This document shows, piece by piece, positions 8,452 through 18,087 of a stretch of 64,000 nt of DNA. The number at the start of each line of letters is the position of its first letter. The stretch's first letter is position 1. The position numbers were made by a program, and so were the translations under genes. Origin of the DNA: an uncultured Thermoleophilaceae bacterium (GTDB taxonomy: Bacteria; Actinomycetota; Thermoleophilia; Solirubrobacterales; Thermoleophilaceae). The notes under the pieces are model-generated. The model was not told where the DNA came from and did not search any database. It saw nothing but the letters and a program-made list of their open reading frames with translations. The stretch spans positions 438 through 64,437 of the forward strand of contig CAVXTL010000016.1 in assembly GCA_963764665.1 (NCBI GenBank), in the 5' to 3' direction.

Positions 8452-8913
8452 CTAGGACACTTCGGCTTCTTCGCGGCCCTGCAGGCGATCGCGGCCCCGT
8501 TGCACGGCCGCGATGAACTTCGTGAGGTTGACCTCGAGGGTGTTCAGGATGTCGTCCGCGTAGTCCTCGGCGCCGAGCCTGATCTCGCGCTCGCGCGCGC
8601 GGGCGTCCTCGATGATCTCCTCGGCCTGCCGCTCGGCCTGCTTGACGATCTCCTCCTCGCCGATCAGGCGCACCTGCTCCTCGCGCGCCTCCCGGACGAT
8701 GCGCTCGGCCTCGCGCTTCGCCTCGGCGAGCATCTCCTGCCGCTCCTTCACGATCCAGCGCGCCTGCTTGATCTCCTCGGGGATCGTGGCGCGCATCTGG
8801 TCGAGGATGTCGTAGACCTCCTCCTTGTCCACGCGCACCGTGTCGGTGAGCGGGACGACCTTGGCGTTGTGGATCGTGTCGTCGAGCTTGTCGATCAGGA
8901 CCAGGACGTCCAT
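8452..8913 (-). CDS. Conserved charged coiled-coil protein of unknown function
   Basis: 153 aa and Glu/Arg/Lys-rich (EAKREAERIVREAREEQ...), with high GC3. It contains no enzymatic motif and lies downstream of coaD on the same strand. Confidence 0.6.
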   Translation of the reverse strand: MDVLVLIDKLDDTIHNAKVVPLTDTVRVDKEEVYDILDQMRATIPEEIKQARWIVKERQEMLAEAKREAERIVREAREEQVRLIGEEEIVKQAERQAEEIIEDARAREREIRLGAEDYADDILNTLEVNLTKFIAAVQRGRDRLQGREEAEVS

Positions 8914-8995
8914 GACCTTCCTAACTCCACGAGGCCGTGGGCCCCGCGCTCCGGTTGATCGGCTTTGACGTCACGTTCTCAGGTCCCCCAGTTCG

Positions 8996-9496
8996 TCAGC
9001 GCTTTAGCTCTTCCTGCAACCGTGCCGCCACCGCATCGGGCACGAGCCCGCTGATGTCGCCACCGAACATGGCCAGTTCCTTGATCCCGCTGGAGGACAG
9101 GAAGCTGAACTGTGGCGCGGCCATCAGGTAGATGCTCTCGATGTCGGGCGCCATCTTCCGGTTGAGCTGGTTCATCTCGAACTCGTACTCGAAGTCCGAG
9201 ATCGCCCGCAACCCCTTGACGATGGCCTTGGCACCGTTCACACGGGCGAAATCGACGAGGAGCGTATCAAAGGGTTTTACCTGCACATTGGACAAATCCG
9301 CGGTGGCATCGCCGATGAAGCCGACGCGCTCCTCCGCGGAGAACAGGGTCTTGCTCTTTCGGACCGGCTGGTTGACCACTCCGACGATCACGTGATCGAA
9401 CACCGAGGCGGCGCGTCCGATGATGTCGAGGTGGCCCATCGTGACCGGGTCGTAGGACCCCGGAAGGACCGCGGTGCCGCCGTAGCGCTCAGCCAT
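8996..9496 (-). CDS. coaD: Phosphopantetheine adenylyltransferase
   Basis: 166 aa. It has the nucleotidyltransferase motif GSYDPVTMGH and CoaD-length architecture. It overlaps the rsmD stop. Confidence 0.93.
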   Translation of the reverse strand: MAERYGGTAVLPGSYDPVTMGHLDIIGRAASVFDHVIVGVVNQPVRKSKTLFSAEERVGFIGDATADLSNVQVKPFDTLLVDFARVNGAKAIVKGLRAISDFEYEFEMNQLNRKMAPDIESIYLMAAPQFSFLSSSGIKELAMFGGDISGLVPDAVAARLQEELKR

Positions 9497-10010
9497 GGAT
9501 GGCTATCCGGGTATCGCCATAGGTCCGCTCGCGGAGGAGCGGAAGCGAGATATCGAGCGGCGTGCGCTTGCTTGATTCGGTCACGATCAGGGCGTCCTCG
9601 GTGAGCACCGCCGGGAGGGCCGCGGACAGCGGCTCGCTCAGGCGGGACGCGGAATCATACGGGGGGTCGACGAATACAAGGTCGAAGGAGTCCTCGCAGG
9701 CCCCCAGGAACCGCAGCACATCCTGCCGGCGGACCTCGGCGCCGGGCACCCCGATCGCGTCGAGGTTGCGCCTGATCGCGGCGGCCGCGGCGTGGTCGGT
9801 CTCGACGAACACGGCCGAGGCGGCGCCCCGCGACAGCGCCTCGATGCCGAGCGCGCCGGAGCCCGCGAACAGGTCGAGCACGCGCGCGCCGCGGACGTCG
9901 CCCAGGATCGCGAACAGCGCCTCCCGCACCCGATCCGACGTCGGTCGCGTGCCGCGTCCGCGCGGGGCATGAAGCCGGCGCCCGCCGTACTCGCCGGCCA
10001 CCACCCTCAT
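9489..10010 (-). CDS. rsmD: 16S rRNA (guanine966-N2)-methyltransferase RsmD
   Basis: 173 aa. Motifs are RPTSDRVREALF, VLDLFAGSGALGIEALSRGA and FVDPPY. It follows the rsmD-coaD order seen in Firmicutes. Confidence 0.9.
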   Translation of the reverse strand: MRVVAGEYGGRRLHAPRGRGTRPTSDRVREALFAILGDVRGARVLDLFAGSGALGIEALSRGAASAVFVETDHAAAAAIRRNLDAIGVPGAEVRRQDVLRFLGACEDSFDLVFVDPPYDSASRLSEPLSAALPAVLTEDALIVTESSKRTPLDISLPLLRERTYGDTRIAIHG

Positions 10011-12211
10011 GCGGGGATCGGGTCGAGCTCCGAGCCGAAGCGCGCGCCCACGGCGTCGCGGAGCAGCGCGTGCTCGGGCTCGCTCAGATCGGGGTCCGCG
10101 CGGAGCAGCTCGTCGGCGCGGTCGCGAGCGCGGGCGAGCAGCTCCGTGTCCTCGGGGAGCCGAGCCACGCGCAGCTCGGGCAGGCCGTGCTGGCGGGTGC
10201 CGAGCACGTCGCCCGCGCCGCGGATCTCGAGGTCGACCTCGGCGAGCCGAAAGCCGTCGTCCTCGTTTGCGATGGCGTCGAGCCGCGGGAGCTTCGCGTC
10301 GCCGAACAGGATGCAGAGCGAGCTATGGCCCCCTCGTCCCACCCGGCCGCGCAGCTGGTGAAGCTGGGAGAGCCCGTAGCGCTCCGCCGCCTCGATCAGC
10401 ATCACGGTCGCGTTCGGCACGTCGATGCCCACCTCGACCACGCTGGTGGCCACGAGCACGTCCGCCTCACCGCCGGCGAAGGCCTCCATCGCGGCCTGCT
10501 TGGCCTTCGACGGGAGCTGGCCGTGGATCAGCTCCACGCGCTGCTCGCGGAACTCCGTCGAGCGCAGGCGCTCGAACTCCGCCGTGGCTGCCTTGGCCTG
10601 GAGCGTCTCGGACTCCTCGACGAGCGGGCAGACCACGAAGCACTGGCGGCCCTGCGCGATCTCCTCGCGAATGCGCTCGTAAGCGCGCTTGCGCGCCCGG
10701 GCGCCGTCGACCACGAAGGTCTCCACCGGGCGGCGGCCCGCCGGCAGCTCGCGCAGAGCGGTCGCGTCCAGGTCGCCGTAGGCGGTCAGCGAGAGCGTGC
10801 GGGGGATCGGCGTGGCGGTCATGTGCAGCGCGTGCGGGACCAGCCCCTCCGGGGCTTTGGCGTCGAGCGCCGCGCGCTGGCGCACTCCGAAGCGGTGCTG
10901 CTCGTCTACGACCACCACGGCGAGATCCCTGAACTCGACCGGGTCCTCGATCAGCGCGTGCGTGCCCACGACCAGCTGCAGCGCGCCCGACCCCAGCGCG
11001 CCGATCAGGTCGCGCCGCCGGGCGGCCGGGGTCGAGCCCGTGAGCAGCTCGACCGGGATGTTCCCGCCGAGCAGCCTGTCTAGCGTGCGGTGGTGCTGCT
11101 CGGCCAGCGTCTCCGTGGGCGCCATCAGCGCCGCCTGGGCGCCGTTCTCGACCGCGCGGAGCATCGCGTGCAGCGCCACCACGGTCTTGCCGGCGCCCAC
11201 CTCGCCCATCAGGAGCCGCTGCATCGGCCGCTCCTCGCCGATGTCGGCGTCCAGCTCCTCCATCGCGCGCTTCTGATCGCCGGTGAGCTCGAAGGGGAGC
11301 GACCAGCGCCAGCGGTCCACCACCACTCCGCGTGCCGCCAGCGGGCGCGCGCGGCGACCCTCGCGGCGCGAGCGCCGGCGCCCGGCCACCGCCAGCTGCA
11401 GCAGGAGCAGCTCCTCGAACGCCAGGCGGTGGCGCGCGCCGCTCTCGTCGTCCTCGCTGTCCGGGAAGTGGGCGCCGACCAGCGCGGCGGCGCGCTCGGC
11501 CAGCGCCTCCTCGACGCGCAGGCCGGCGGGTAGCGGCTCAGGCGTGTGCAGGAAGCGCCCGCGCGCGTCCCACAGGAGCTCTCGCAGGCGGGCGGCACTG
11601 AGGCCCTCGGTGGCGGGATGGACCGGCACGAGGCCCACGGTGTGGACCGGGGCGTCCGCTCCGCCGAGCGGCTCGTGCTCAGACACCCAGAACTCACCAC
11701 GGCGACGGAGCCTGCCGTGGAGCAGCACCTGCGACCCCTCGCCGAGCTGACGGGCGATCCAGGGCTGGTTGAACCAGACCGCCATCAACGGGCCGCTCTC
11801 GTCCGCCGTCCGCGCCTCCACTCGCTTGCGCCGCCGGTCGCGCATCGGCCGGATGCTCACCGAGCGCACCACCACCGCCACCGTGGCCTCCTCTCCCAGG
11901 GCGAGGTCCGCCACGCGACGGACCTCGCGACGGTCCCGGTGCGAGTGCGGGAGGTGCTCGACGAGGTCGCCGTAGGTCTCGATTCCGAGGCTCACGAGCG
12001 CCTTTCCCGCGGCGCCCGGCAGTGTCACGCTCTCCTCCAGGGGCTCGGCCCGCGGATACGAGCGAATCGGGGCGGAGCGGATCTGATCGGCGGTGAGCTC
12101 CGCCGTCGATGCGAAGCCGGTTACTCCGCGCAGAGCAGCCACCACCAGGCGGGTTGCCCGCCCTCGTGGTACTCGACCTCCACCCCGTCCGGCACGTGCG
12201 CCTCGATCCAC
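10007..12211 (-). CDS. recG: ATP-dependent DNA helicase RecG
   Basis: It has a wedge/OB N-terminal domain, helicase motif I (GEVGAGKT), DEQH, and the TATPIPRT and QLHQLRGRVGRG motifs. The true start is uncertain: in-frame GTG codons at 12145 and 12142 would reduce the overlap with the upstream gene. Confidence 0.9.
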   Translation of the reverse strand: MDRGARAGRGGGRVPRGRATRLVVAALRGVTGFASTAELTADQIRSAPIRSYPRAEPLEESVTLPGAAGKALVSLGIETYGDLVEHLPHSHRDRREVRRVADLALGEEATVAVVVRSVSIRPMRDRRRKRVEARTADESGPLMAVWFNQPWIARQLGEGSQVLLHGRLRRRGEFWVSEHEPLGGADAPVHTVGLVPVHPATEGLSAARLRELLWDARGRFLHTPEPLPAGLRVEEALAERAAALVGAHFPDSEDDESGARHRLAFEELLLLQLAVAGRRRSRREGRRARPLAARGVVVDRWRWSLPFELTGDQKRAMEELDADIGEERPMQRLLMGEVGAGKTVVALHAMLRAVENGAQAALMAPTETLAEQHHRTLDRLLGGNIPVELLTGSTPAARRRDLIGALGSGALQLVVGTHALIEDPVEFRDLAVVVVDEQHRFGVRQRAALDAKAPEGLVPHALHMTATPIPRTLSLTAYGDLDATALRELPAGRRPVETFVVDGARARKRAYERIREEIAQGRQCFVVCPLVEESETLQAKAATAEFERLRSTEFREQRVELIHGQLPSKAKQAAMEAFAGGEADVLVATSVVEVGIDVPNATVMLIEAAERYGLSQLHQLRGRVGRGGHSSLCILFGDAKLPRLDAIANEDDGFRLAEVDLEIRGAGDVLGTRQHGLPELRVARLPEDTELLARARDRADELLRADPDLSEPEHALLRDAVGARFGSELDPIPA

Positions 12212-13776
12212 TCGCGGTCGAGCGGGGCCCCCGCCCCGGCCAGGCAGGTGACGAGCTCGCTTCCGCCGGCGAGCCGCTCCAGGGTGGCCGCGAGGGTGCG
12301 CTCGGGATCTCCCCAGGCCACCAGCTCGCCGCCCTCGTAGCCGAGCGCCTCGCCGGCGGCGAACCGGCCGCGGGCGTCGTCGCGCGCGGCGGGCGCCACA
12401 CCGCCCACGCGCAGGACGTCGGCGGCGCGGCCCACGGCCTCGGCGTTCTCGTCGGCGCCTCTGGCCGGATCGAACGCCAGCAGGGCCGCGAGCCCCTCCT
12501 GCGGGGCTGTGGTGGGCACCACGCGCGCGGGCTTGTCGGACAGGTCGGCCGCCCGCTCGGCGGCCAGGATCACGTTGGGGCTGTTCGGCAGCACGAGCAC
12601 CTCCTCGCCGCCGGCGGCGTGGACGCCCGCGAGCAGCTCGTACGTGGACGGGTTCATGGTGGCGCCGCCGTCCACCACCAGCACGCCCAACTCCTCGTAG
12701 AGGCGCCTCACGCCCGCGCCGCTTGCCACGGCGACGACCGTGCAGGTGGCCCGCGCGACGGGCGCCCGCTCGGCCAGCCGCGCCGTGCGCTCGGCCACCT
12801 GGTCGTGCATGTCGGCTACGTCGAAGCGCGAGACCTCGCCCGCCTCGTCGAACACCGCGACGGCGCGCTCCGGGTCGTCGGTGTGCAGGTGGACCCTGAT
12901 GGTGCGCTCGTCGCCCACCACCAGCACGGAGTCCCCGATCGCCTCGAGGCTGGGCACGAACGAGCCGGCCACGAGACCGGCTCCGGTGACCGCGAAGTTG
13001 GTGCAGAAGCGGAAGCTCGACGACTCGTGCTCGGGCCGGTGAAGGGCCGCCGGGGCCAGCTGGTGCTCGAGCTCCGGCGCGGCGCTGCCCCGCAGGGCCG
13101 CGAGGCAGCCGGCCACGATCACCGTGAGGCCGTAGGCGCCCGCGTCGACCACCCCGGCCTCGCGCAGCACCGCCAGCTGCTCCGGTCCGCGCTCCACCGC
13201 CTCCTTGCCGGCCTCGAGAGCGTTCTCGAGCACCTGTGCCAGCAGCTCGTCCTGCTCGTCCGCCGTGGACTCGGGGCCGAGCCGCTGGGTGTCCATGTGA
13301 GCGAGGTCGTGCGCCACGCGGCGGGACATGGCCCTCACCGCCGAGAGCATCGTGCCCTCGGCGGGGTCGCGAACGGAGGCGTATGCGGCGTCGGCGGCTC
13401 GCGCCAGGGCCGCGGACACGAGCACCGGGTCCACGAGCTCGCCATGACGGCTGGCGAGCTCCTCGGCAGCGCCGCGCACGATCTGCGAGAGGATCACCCC
13501 GCTGTTGCCGCGGGCGCCCAGCAGCGCGGCCCGGGCGACCGCGGCCACGATCTCGTCGCGGCCCTGCACGTCGAGCGGCCGGCCGTTCATCCGGTTGAGC
13601 TCGTCGAGCACGGCGCGCATGGTGAGCGCCATGTTGTCGCCCGTGTCGCCGTCGGCCACGGGGAAGACGTTGAGGTCGTTCACTTCCTCGCGGCGATTCT
13701 CGAGCTCCGCCAAGGCGGCCGCCACCACACGCCGAAACCGGACCAGGCTCTCCTCGGGCACGTGAGCTTTGTACAC
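12121..13776 (-). CDS. DAK2 (DhaL-like) domain protein, YloV family
   Basis: 551 aa. The N-terminal DhaL motif is NVFPVADGDTGDNM. It has a C-terminal YloV-type domain and sits between rpmB and recG, as in Bacillus. Confidence 0.88.
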   Translation of the reverse strand: MYKAHVPEESLVRFRRVVAAALAELENRREEVNDLNVFPVADGDTGDNMALTMRAVLDELNRMNGRPLDVQGRDEIVAAVARAALLGARGNSGVILSQIVRGAAEELASRHGELVDPVLVSAALARAADAAYASVRDPAEGTMLSAVRAMSRRVAHDLAHMDTQRLGPESTADEQDELLAQVLENALEAGKEAVERGPEQLAVLREAGVVDAGAYGLTVIVAGCLAALRGSAAPELEHQLAPAALHRPEHESSSFRFCTNFAVTGAGLVAGSFVPSLEAIGDSVLVVGDERTIRVHLHTDDPERAVAVFDEAGEVSRFDVADMHDQVAERTARLAERAPVARATCTVVAVASGAGVRRLYEELGVLVVDGGATMNPSTYELLAGVHAAGGEEVLVLPNSPNVILAAERAADLSDKPARVVPTTAPQEGLAALLAFDPARGADENAEAVGRAADVLRVGGVAPAARDDARGRFAAGEALGYEGGELVAWGDPERTLAATLERLAGGSELVTCLAGAGAPLDREWIEAHVPDGVEVEYHEGGQPAWWWLLCAE

Positions 13777-13811
13777 CGCCGGGCGGCGGTGTTACCGCCT
13801 CAGACGGCGCG

Positions 13812-14003
13812 TCAGAGGGCTTTTGTGACCTTCGAGGCCTTTAGGCAACGCGTGCACACGTACTCGCGTCGGGGCGTCCCGTTCACCGAGATCCGCACCT
13901 TCTGGAGGTTCGGGTTGAAGCGCCGCTTGGTGGCCACCATCGAGTGGCTGCGGCTGTGGCCGAACGCGGGACCCTTCCCGCACGAGTAGCAGACCTTGGA
14001 CAC
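13812..14003 (-). CDS. rpmB: 50S ribosomal protein L28
   Basis: The GTG at 14003 gives VSKVCYSCGKGPAFGHSRSHSMVATKRRFNPNLQKV... (63 aa), typical of bL28. Confidence 0.9.
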   Translation of the reverse strand: MSKVCYSCGKGPAFGHSRSHSMVATKRRFNPNLQKVRISVNGTPRREYVCTRCLKASKVTKAL

Positions 14004-14113
14004 GGCGGCTGAGGCTATCAGCAGCCTGGTTTCGAAAGATGTACGGACGGGTACACGATGGATATTCCAGCGCCGGTGTGGCGCTGGTCGGGCCATATGG
14101 GGGGAAAGATCGG

Positions 14114-16162
14114 ATGAGGACTCGCGTTGGACGGGCGGCACTGACCGCCGTCGCTCTCTGCATCTCCGTGCTCGCACTCGCTCCGGCGGGCGCCGCAGCC
14201 GCCACCACCCGCTACAGCCTGGCCAACGGCTGTTACGCGCTGCGCGCGATCAGCGGGGGCCAGTATGTCGTCAAGAGCAACAGCTCCTACTTCGCGAACG
14301 GAGCTACGCTCGCCGCCGCGACGCCGTTCCGGATGCAGGCCACCGCGCTCGGCAGCTACCTCCTCTACGGGCCCGACGCCACGATGCCGTCCGTGGGCCT
14401 CCTGAACCAGATCAGCCCCACCCCCACCGCCGGCCAGCCGGCCGACTGGACCGTCGATACGGGAGCCGGAGGCTTCACGCTCAAGTCAGTCAAGACCGGC
14501 CAGGGCGTGGCCGCGGGCCTGGCAGGCAAGCTCGGCCTGGTGGCCGCGGCGAGCGCCCACGGCTTCAACTTCGTGGCCGCCCAGGGATGCGCGAAGTTCC
14601 CTGAGATCGAGGTCAACGTGACCGGGACGCCCTTCAAGGGATCGAGCCCGACCGCCAAGGTGCGCGGCTTCCTCGACGACCACATCCACCTCGGCGCCTT
14701 CCAGTTCCTCGGCGGGCGCTTCCACTGCGGGCGGCCCTGGAGCCCCTACGGGGTGAAGGCGGCCCTCACGGACTGCCTGGACCACCAGCCGAACGGCGCG
14801 GGCGCCGTGGTCGAGAACTTCATCAGCACCGGCTCCCCGGTGGGCACCCACAGCACGGAGGGCTGGCCGAGCTTCGCCGGCTGGCCGCGCGACGAGTCGC
14901 AGACCCACGAGGGCACCTACTGGAAGTGGATCGAGCGCGCCTGGCGCTCGGGCCTGCGGATCATGGTCAACGACCTGGTCGAGAACCGCGCCCTCTGCGA
15001 GCTCTATCCCCTCAAGAAGAACAACTGCAACGACATGGTCAGCGCCTACAAGCAGGCCGAGGACATGCATGCCCTGCAGGACTACATCGACGCCCAGTAC
15101 GGCGGACCGGGCAAGGGCTTCTTCCGGCTCGTCAAGAGCTCGGCCGAGGCGCGCCGGATCGTCAACGAGGGCAAGCTCGCCGTCGTGCTCGGGATCGAGG
15201 TGTCCGAGGTGCTCGACTGCGGGCAGCTCAACGGGACCCCCAACTGCAACACCAGCAAGATCGACGTGGAGCTCGACAAGCTCTACGGCATCGGCGTGCG
15301 CTCGCTGTTCCCCGTCCACAAGTTCGACAACGGGCTCGGCGGCACCAAGTTCGACAGCGGCGGCACGGGCGTGCTCGTGAACACCGGCAACAAGTGGGTG
15401 ACCGGGCAGTTCTGGGCGGCCGACCACTGCGACGACCCGGACCACGACAACACGCCCACCCCGATCGGGAACGAGCAGGCCCAGCTCGTGTACACGCTGT
15501 TCGGCCCCGTGCTCACCCAGCCGCTCTTCCAGGGGCAGCTGCCGGTGTATCCGCCCGGCCCGCACTGCAACCCGAAGGGTCTGACCGCACTGGGCGAGTA
15601 CGTGATCCGCTCGATGATCAAGAAGGGCATGATCGTCGAGACCGACCACCTGAGCATGAAGGCGCGCCGCCAGGTGCTCACGATCCTCGAGGGCTCGAAG
15701 TACCCCGGCGTGATCTCGAGCCACTCCTGGGGCGACCCGGGGAGCCAGAAGCGCCTACAGCGCCTCGGCGGCCTCGTGGGCCCGATCTCGACCGTGGCCA
15801 CCACCTTCGTGGAGGAGTGGCGCGCGGCCCGGGCGAACCGCGACCCGCGCTTCCTCTTCGGCACCGGCTTCGGCTCGGACATCAACGGGCTGCACTCTCA
15901 GCCCGAGCCGCGCGCGAACGCCGCGTCGAACCCGGTGCGCTACCCGTTCCGCTCGTTCGACGGCGGCAGCGTCATCGACAAGCAGCGCTCCGGCACGCGG
16001 GTCTACGACGTCAACACCGACGGCGTGGACCACTACGGCCTCTATCCAGACTGGATCGAGGACCTGCGCAAGGTCGGCGGCCAGCAGATCGTGGACGACA
16101 TGGCCAACGGCGCCGAGGCCTACCTCCAGATGTGGGCGCGCTCCGAGGCGGCCGCGCGCTGA
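14114..16162 (+). CDS. Secreted metallo-hydrolase, membrane-dipeptidase (M19)/amidohydrolase-like, with an extra N-terminal domain
   Basis: The signal peptide is MRTRVGRAALTAVALCISVLALAPAGAAAA. Motifs reminiscent of the M19 metal ligands are DDHIHLG, VLGIEVSE, FPVHKFDN, VETDHLS and ISSHSW. The family assignment comes from motif recall, not a search. Confidence 0.55.
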   Translation: MRTRVGRAALTAVALCISVLALAPAGAAAATTRYSLANGCYALRAISGGQYVVKSNSSYFANGATLAAATPFRMQATALGSYLLYGPDATMPSVGLLNQISPTPTAGQPADWTVDTGAGGFTLKSVKTGQGVAAGLAGKLGLVAAASAHGFNFVAAQGCAKFPEIEVNVTGTPFKGSSPTAKVRGFLDDHIHLGAFQFLGGRFHCGRPWSPYGVKAALTDCLDHQPNGAGAVVENFISTGSPVGTHSTEGWPSFAGWPRDESQTHEGTYWKWIERAWRSGLRIMVNDLVENRALCELYPLKKNNCNDMVSAYKQAEDMHALQDYIDAQYGGPGKGFFRLVKSSAEARRIVNEGKLAVVLGIEVSEVLDCGQLNGTPNCNTSKIDVELDKLYGIGVRSLFPVHKFDNGLGGTKFDSGGTGVLVNTGNKWVTGQFWAADHCDDPDHDNTPTPIGNEQAQLVYTLFGPVLTQPLFQGQLPVYPPGPHCNPKGLTALGEYVIRSMIKKGMIVETDHLSMKARRQVLTILEGSKYPGVISSHSWGDPGSQKRLQRLGGLVGPISTVATTFVEEWRAARANRDPRFLFGTGFGSDINGLHSQPEPRANAASNPVRYPFRSFDGGSVIDKQRSGTRVYDVNTDGVDHYGLYPDWIEDLRKVGGQQIVDDMANGAEAYLQMWARSEAAAR

Positions 16163-16190
16163 GGGCGTCTTAGCCGTACCGTTTCCGGCG

Positions 16191-16595
16191 ATGGCCGGGA
16201 CTGGTTCCGCGAAACTCGTGGTGCAGGAGCTCTTCGGGCGTCTAGCCGCCGGGCGTCTCGACGACTCGCTCGCCCTACTCCACCCCGACGTGGTGATCGT
16301 GATCCCGCCCTCGATGTCGGCGGAGCCCGACACCTACACGGGGCTCGAGGGCGCCCAGCGGTACATGGCCGGCTTCGAGGGACTCATGGACGAGGTGCGC
16401 TTCGTCCCGAGCACGATCGTCGAGGAGGACGGGCGGGTGCTCGTGGAGTTCACCCTCGCCGGTCGTGGCGCCCACAGCGGCATCGAGGCCACCCAGCACG
16501 CCGCCGGGGTGATCTGGGTCGAGGACGATCTCATCACTCGGATCGAGTCCCACCCGGACCTCGACACCGCGCGTTCGGCTACGCGCGGCCGCTAG
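16191..16595 (+). CDS. SnoaL/NTF2-like fold protein
   Basis: 134 aa. The size and pattern (LFGRLAAGRLDD...DTYTGLEGAQRYM...) are typical of the ketosteroid isomerase-like superfamily. Confidence 0.55.
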   Translation: MAGTGSAKLVVQELFGRLAAGRLDDSLALLHPDVVIVIPPSMSAEPDTYTGLEGAQRYMAGFEGLMDEVRFVPSTIVEEDGRVLVEFTLAGRGAHSGIEATQHAAGVIWVEDDLITRIESHPDLDTARSATRGR

Positions 16596-16615
16596 CCGCG
16601 GGCTATGGTCAGCTC

Positions 16616-17587
16616 ATGCGCAGACTGACGATCGCCGGACTGGCCCTGACCGCCCTTCTCCTCACGGCCGTGCCGGCCCACGCGGCCAACCGCTGGATCC
16701 AGAAGAAGGCGCCGCTCAACATCGCGCATCAGGGCGGCGAGGACGAGTTCCCGTCGAACACGATCTACGCGTTCCGCAAGGCGCTGCGTGTGGGCTCCGA
16801 CATGCTCGAGCTGGACGTCGGCGTGACCAAGGACAACAAGGTGATCGTCATGCACGACACCACGGTCGACGGCAAGACCAACGGCACCGGCAACGTCTCC
16901 TCGCTGACGCTCAGGCAGATCAAGCGACTGGACGCCGCCTACTGGTTCGCGCCCAAGGCCGAGTCGCACTACAGCCACAGCCTTCCCGCGTCCGCCTACC
17001 GCTTCCGCGGCATCGCGACCGGGAACAAGCGGCCGCCGCGGGGCTTCAGGGCCAAGGACTTCCGCGTCCCGACGCTGCGCCAGGTCATGCGAGCGTTCCC
17101 GCACACGCCGATCAACATCGAGATCAAGGGGCGCACGCCCGCCGAGGCGGAGTCCGAGTACATCTACAACGCCGAGGTACTCGCCAAGTTCCTGAAGAAC
17201 ACCAAGCGCCGCGACCTGATCGTGGTGTCGTTCCTGCAGCCGGCCGTGGACCGCTTCCACGAGCTCTTGCCGCGGATCGACGTGGCCCCGGGAATCGCCG
17301 GCGCGGCCGTGTGGATCTTCGGGAGCGGATCGCCGGGTCCGGGAGTGGCCGCCTTCCAGGTGCCGATCACGTTCGGTCCCACGGCGATCACGACCGCGGA
17401 GCGCGTGGCACGCGCCCACAGCGAGGGCTACGCCTGGCAGAACTGGTTCTCGGGCGACGACAGCGACTCGGCCGACAGCTGGCGGGCGCTGATCGACATG
17501 TGCGTGGACGGGACCATGACCGCCCACCCGCGTGCGTACGAGCGCGTGCTGCGCTCGCACCCGCGGCCTGCAAGCTGCAAGCTTTAG
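16616..17587 (+). CDS. Glycerophosphodiester phosphodiesterase, secreted
   Basis: It has a signal peptide and GDPD motifs: NIAHQGGEDEFPSNT, DMLELDV and VMHDTTVDGKTNG. Confidence 0.85.
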   Translation: MRRLTIAGLALTALLLTAVPAHAANRWIQKKAPLNIAHQGGEDEFPSNTIYAFRKALRVGSDMLELDVGVTKDNKVIVMHDTTVDGKTNGTGNVSSLTLRQIKRLDAAYWFAPKAESHYSHSLPASAYRFRGIATGNKRPPRGFRAKDFRVPTLRQVMRAFPHTPINIEIKGRTPAEAESEYIYNAEVLAKFLKNTKRRDLIVVSFLQPAVDRFHELLPRIDVAPGIAGAAVWIFGSGSPGPGVAAFQVPITFGPTAITTAERVARAHSEGYAWQNWFSGDDSDSADSWRALIDMCVDGTMTAHPRAYERVLRSHPRPASCKL

Positions 17588-17592
17588 GAGAA

Positions 17593-17630
17593 CATCGGTG
17601 CGCAGCCGGCCGAGCCGGCTGCTTCCGCTA
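17593..17630 (+). repeat. REP-like hairpin repeat, copy C
   Basis: Sequence catcggtgcGCAGCCGGCcgaGCCGGCTGCttccgcta. It lies between two convergent genes. The terminal CTA is the TAG stop of the SRPBCC gene. Confidence 0.8.
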
Positions 17631-18077
17631 AGCGCCCTCGGCCTTCTGCTTGAGGCCGTCGGCGGCGTTGCCGAGCAGGAAGTCCCGCACCGCGGTCTCG
17701 GCCGGGCCGCGCAGCAGCATGCCGAGCATCCGGCCGGGATCGGCCTCGAGCGCGTAGACGGCGCGCGTGCGGCCTGAGCCCAGGTCCTCGAACGCCCAGG
17801 AGCCCACCAGCGACTTGGTGTCGCCCTTCTCCTGCACCCAGCTCAGGCCGGTGGGCGGGTCGTAGGAGAAGCGAAGCACCGCCTTGACGGTCTTCACCTT
17901 CGCGTCGGACTCGGTCTCCACGAGCAGCGGCCGCTTCTCGGCGTCGCGCTCGAGCACCTCGACGTCCTTCAGCGAGCCCTGCCACTCGGCTGCGTTCGCG
18001 ATGTCTGCCGCGATCTCGTAGACGCGCTCGATCGGCGCGTCGATCTCCACGGTTCGGTCACCCTTGATCATTCCCAT
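17628..18077 (-). CDS. SRPBCC (polyketide cyclase/dehydrase-like) ligand-binding protein
   Basis: 149 aa with the typical SRPBCC N-terminus: VEIDAPIERVYEIAADIANAAEWQGSL. Confidence 0.72.
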   Translation of the reverse strand: MGMIKGDRTVEIDAPIERVYEIAADIANAAEWQGSLKDVEVLERDAEKRPLLVETESDAKVKTVKAVLRFSYDPPTGLSWVQEKGDTKSLVGSWAFEDLGSGRTRAVYALEADPGRMLGMLLRGPAETAVRDFLLGNAADGLKQKAEGA

Positions 18078-18087
18078 CGGCGCGACT

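Noticed and set aside
14039-14113. Upstream start (14039) for the secreted hydrolase
   Set aside because: The first 25 codons have no signal-peptide character. The ATG at 14114 begins a classical signal peptide (MRTRVGRAALTAVALCISVLALAPAGAAAA).
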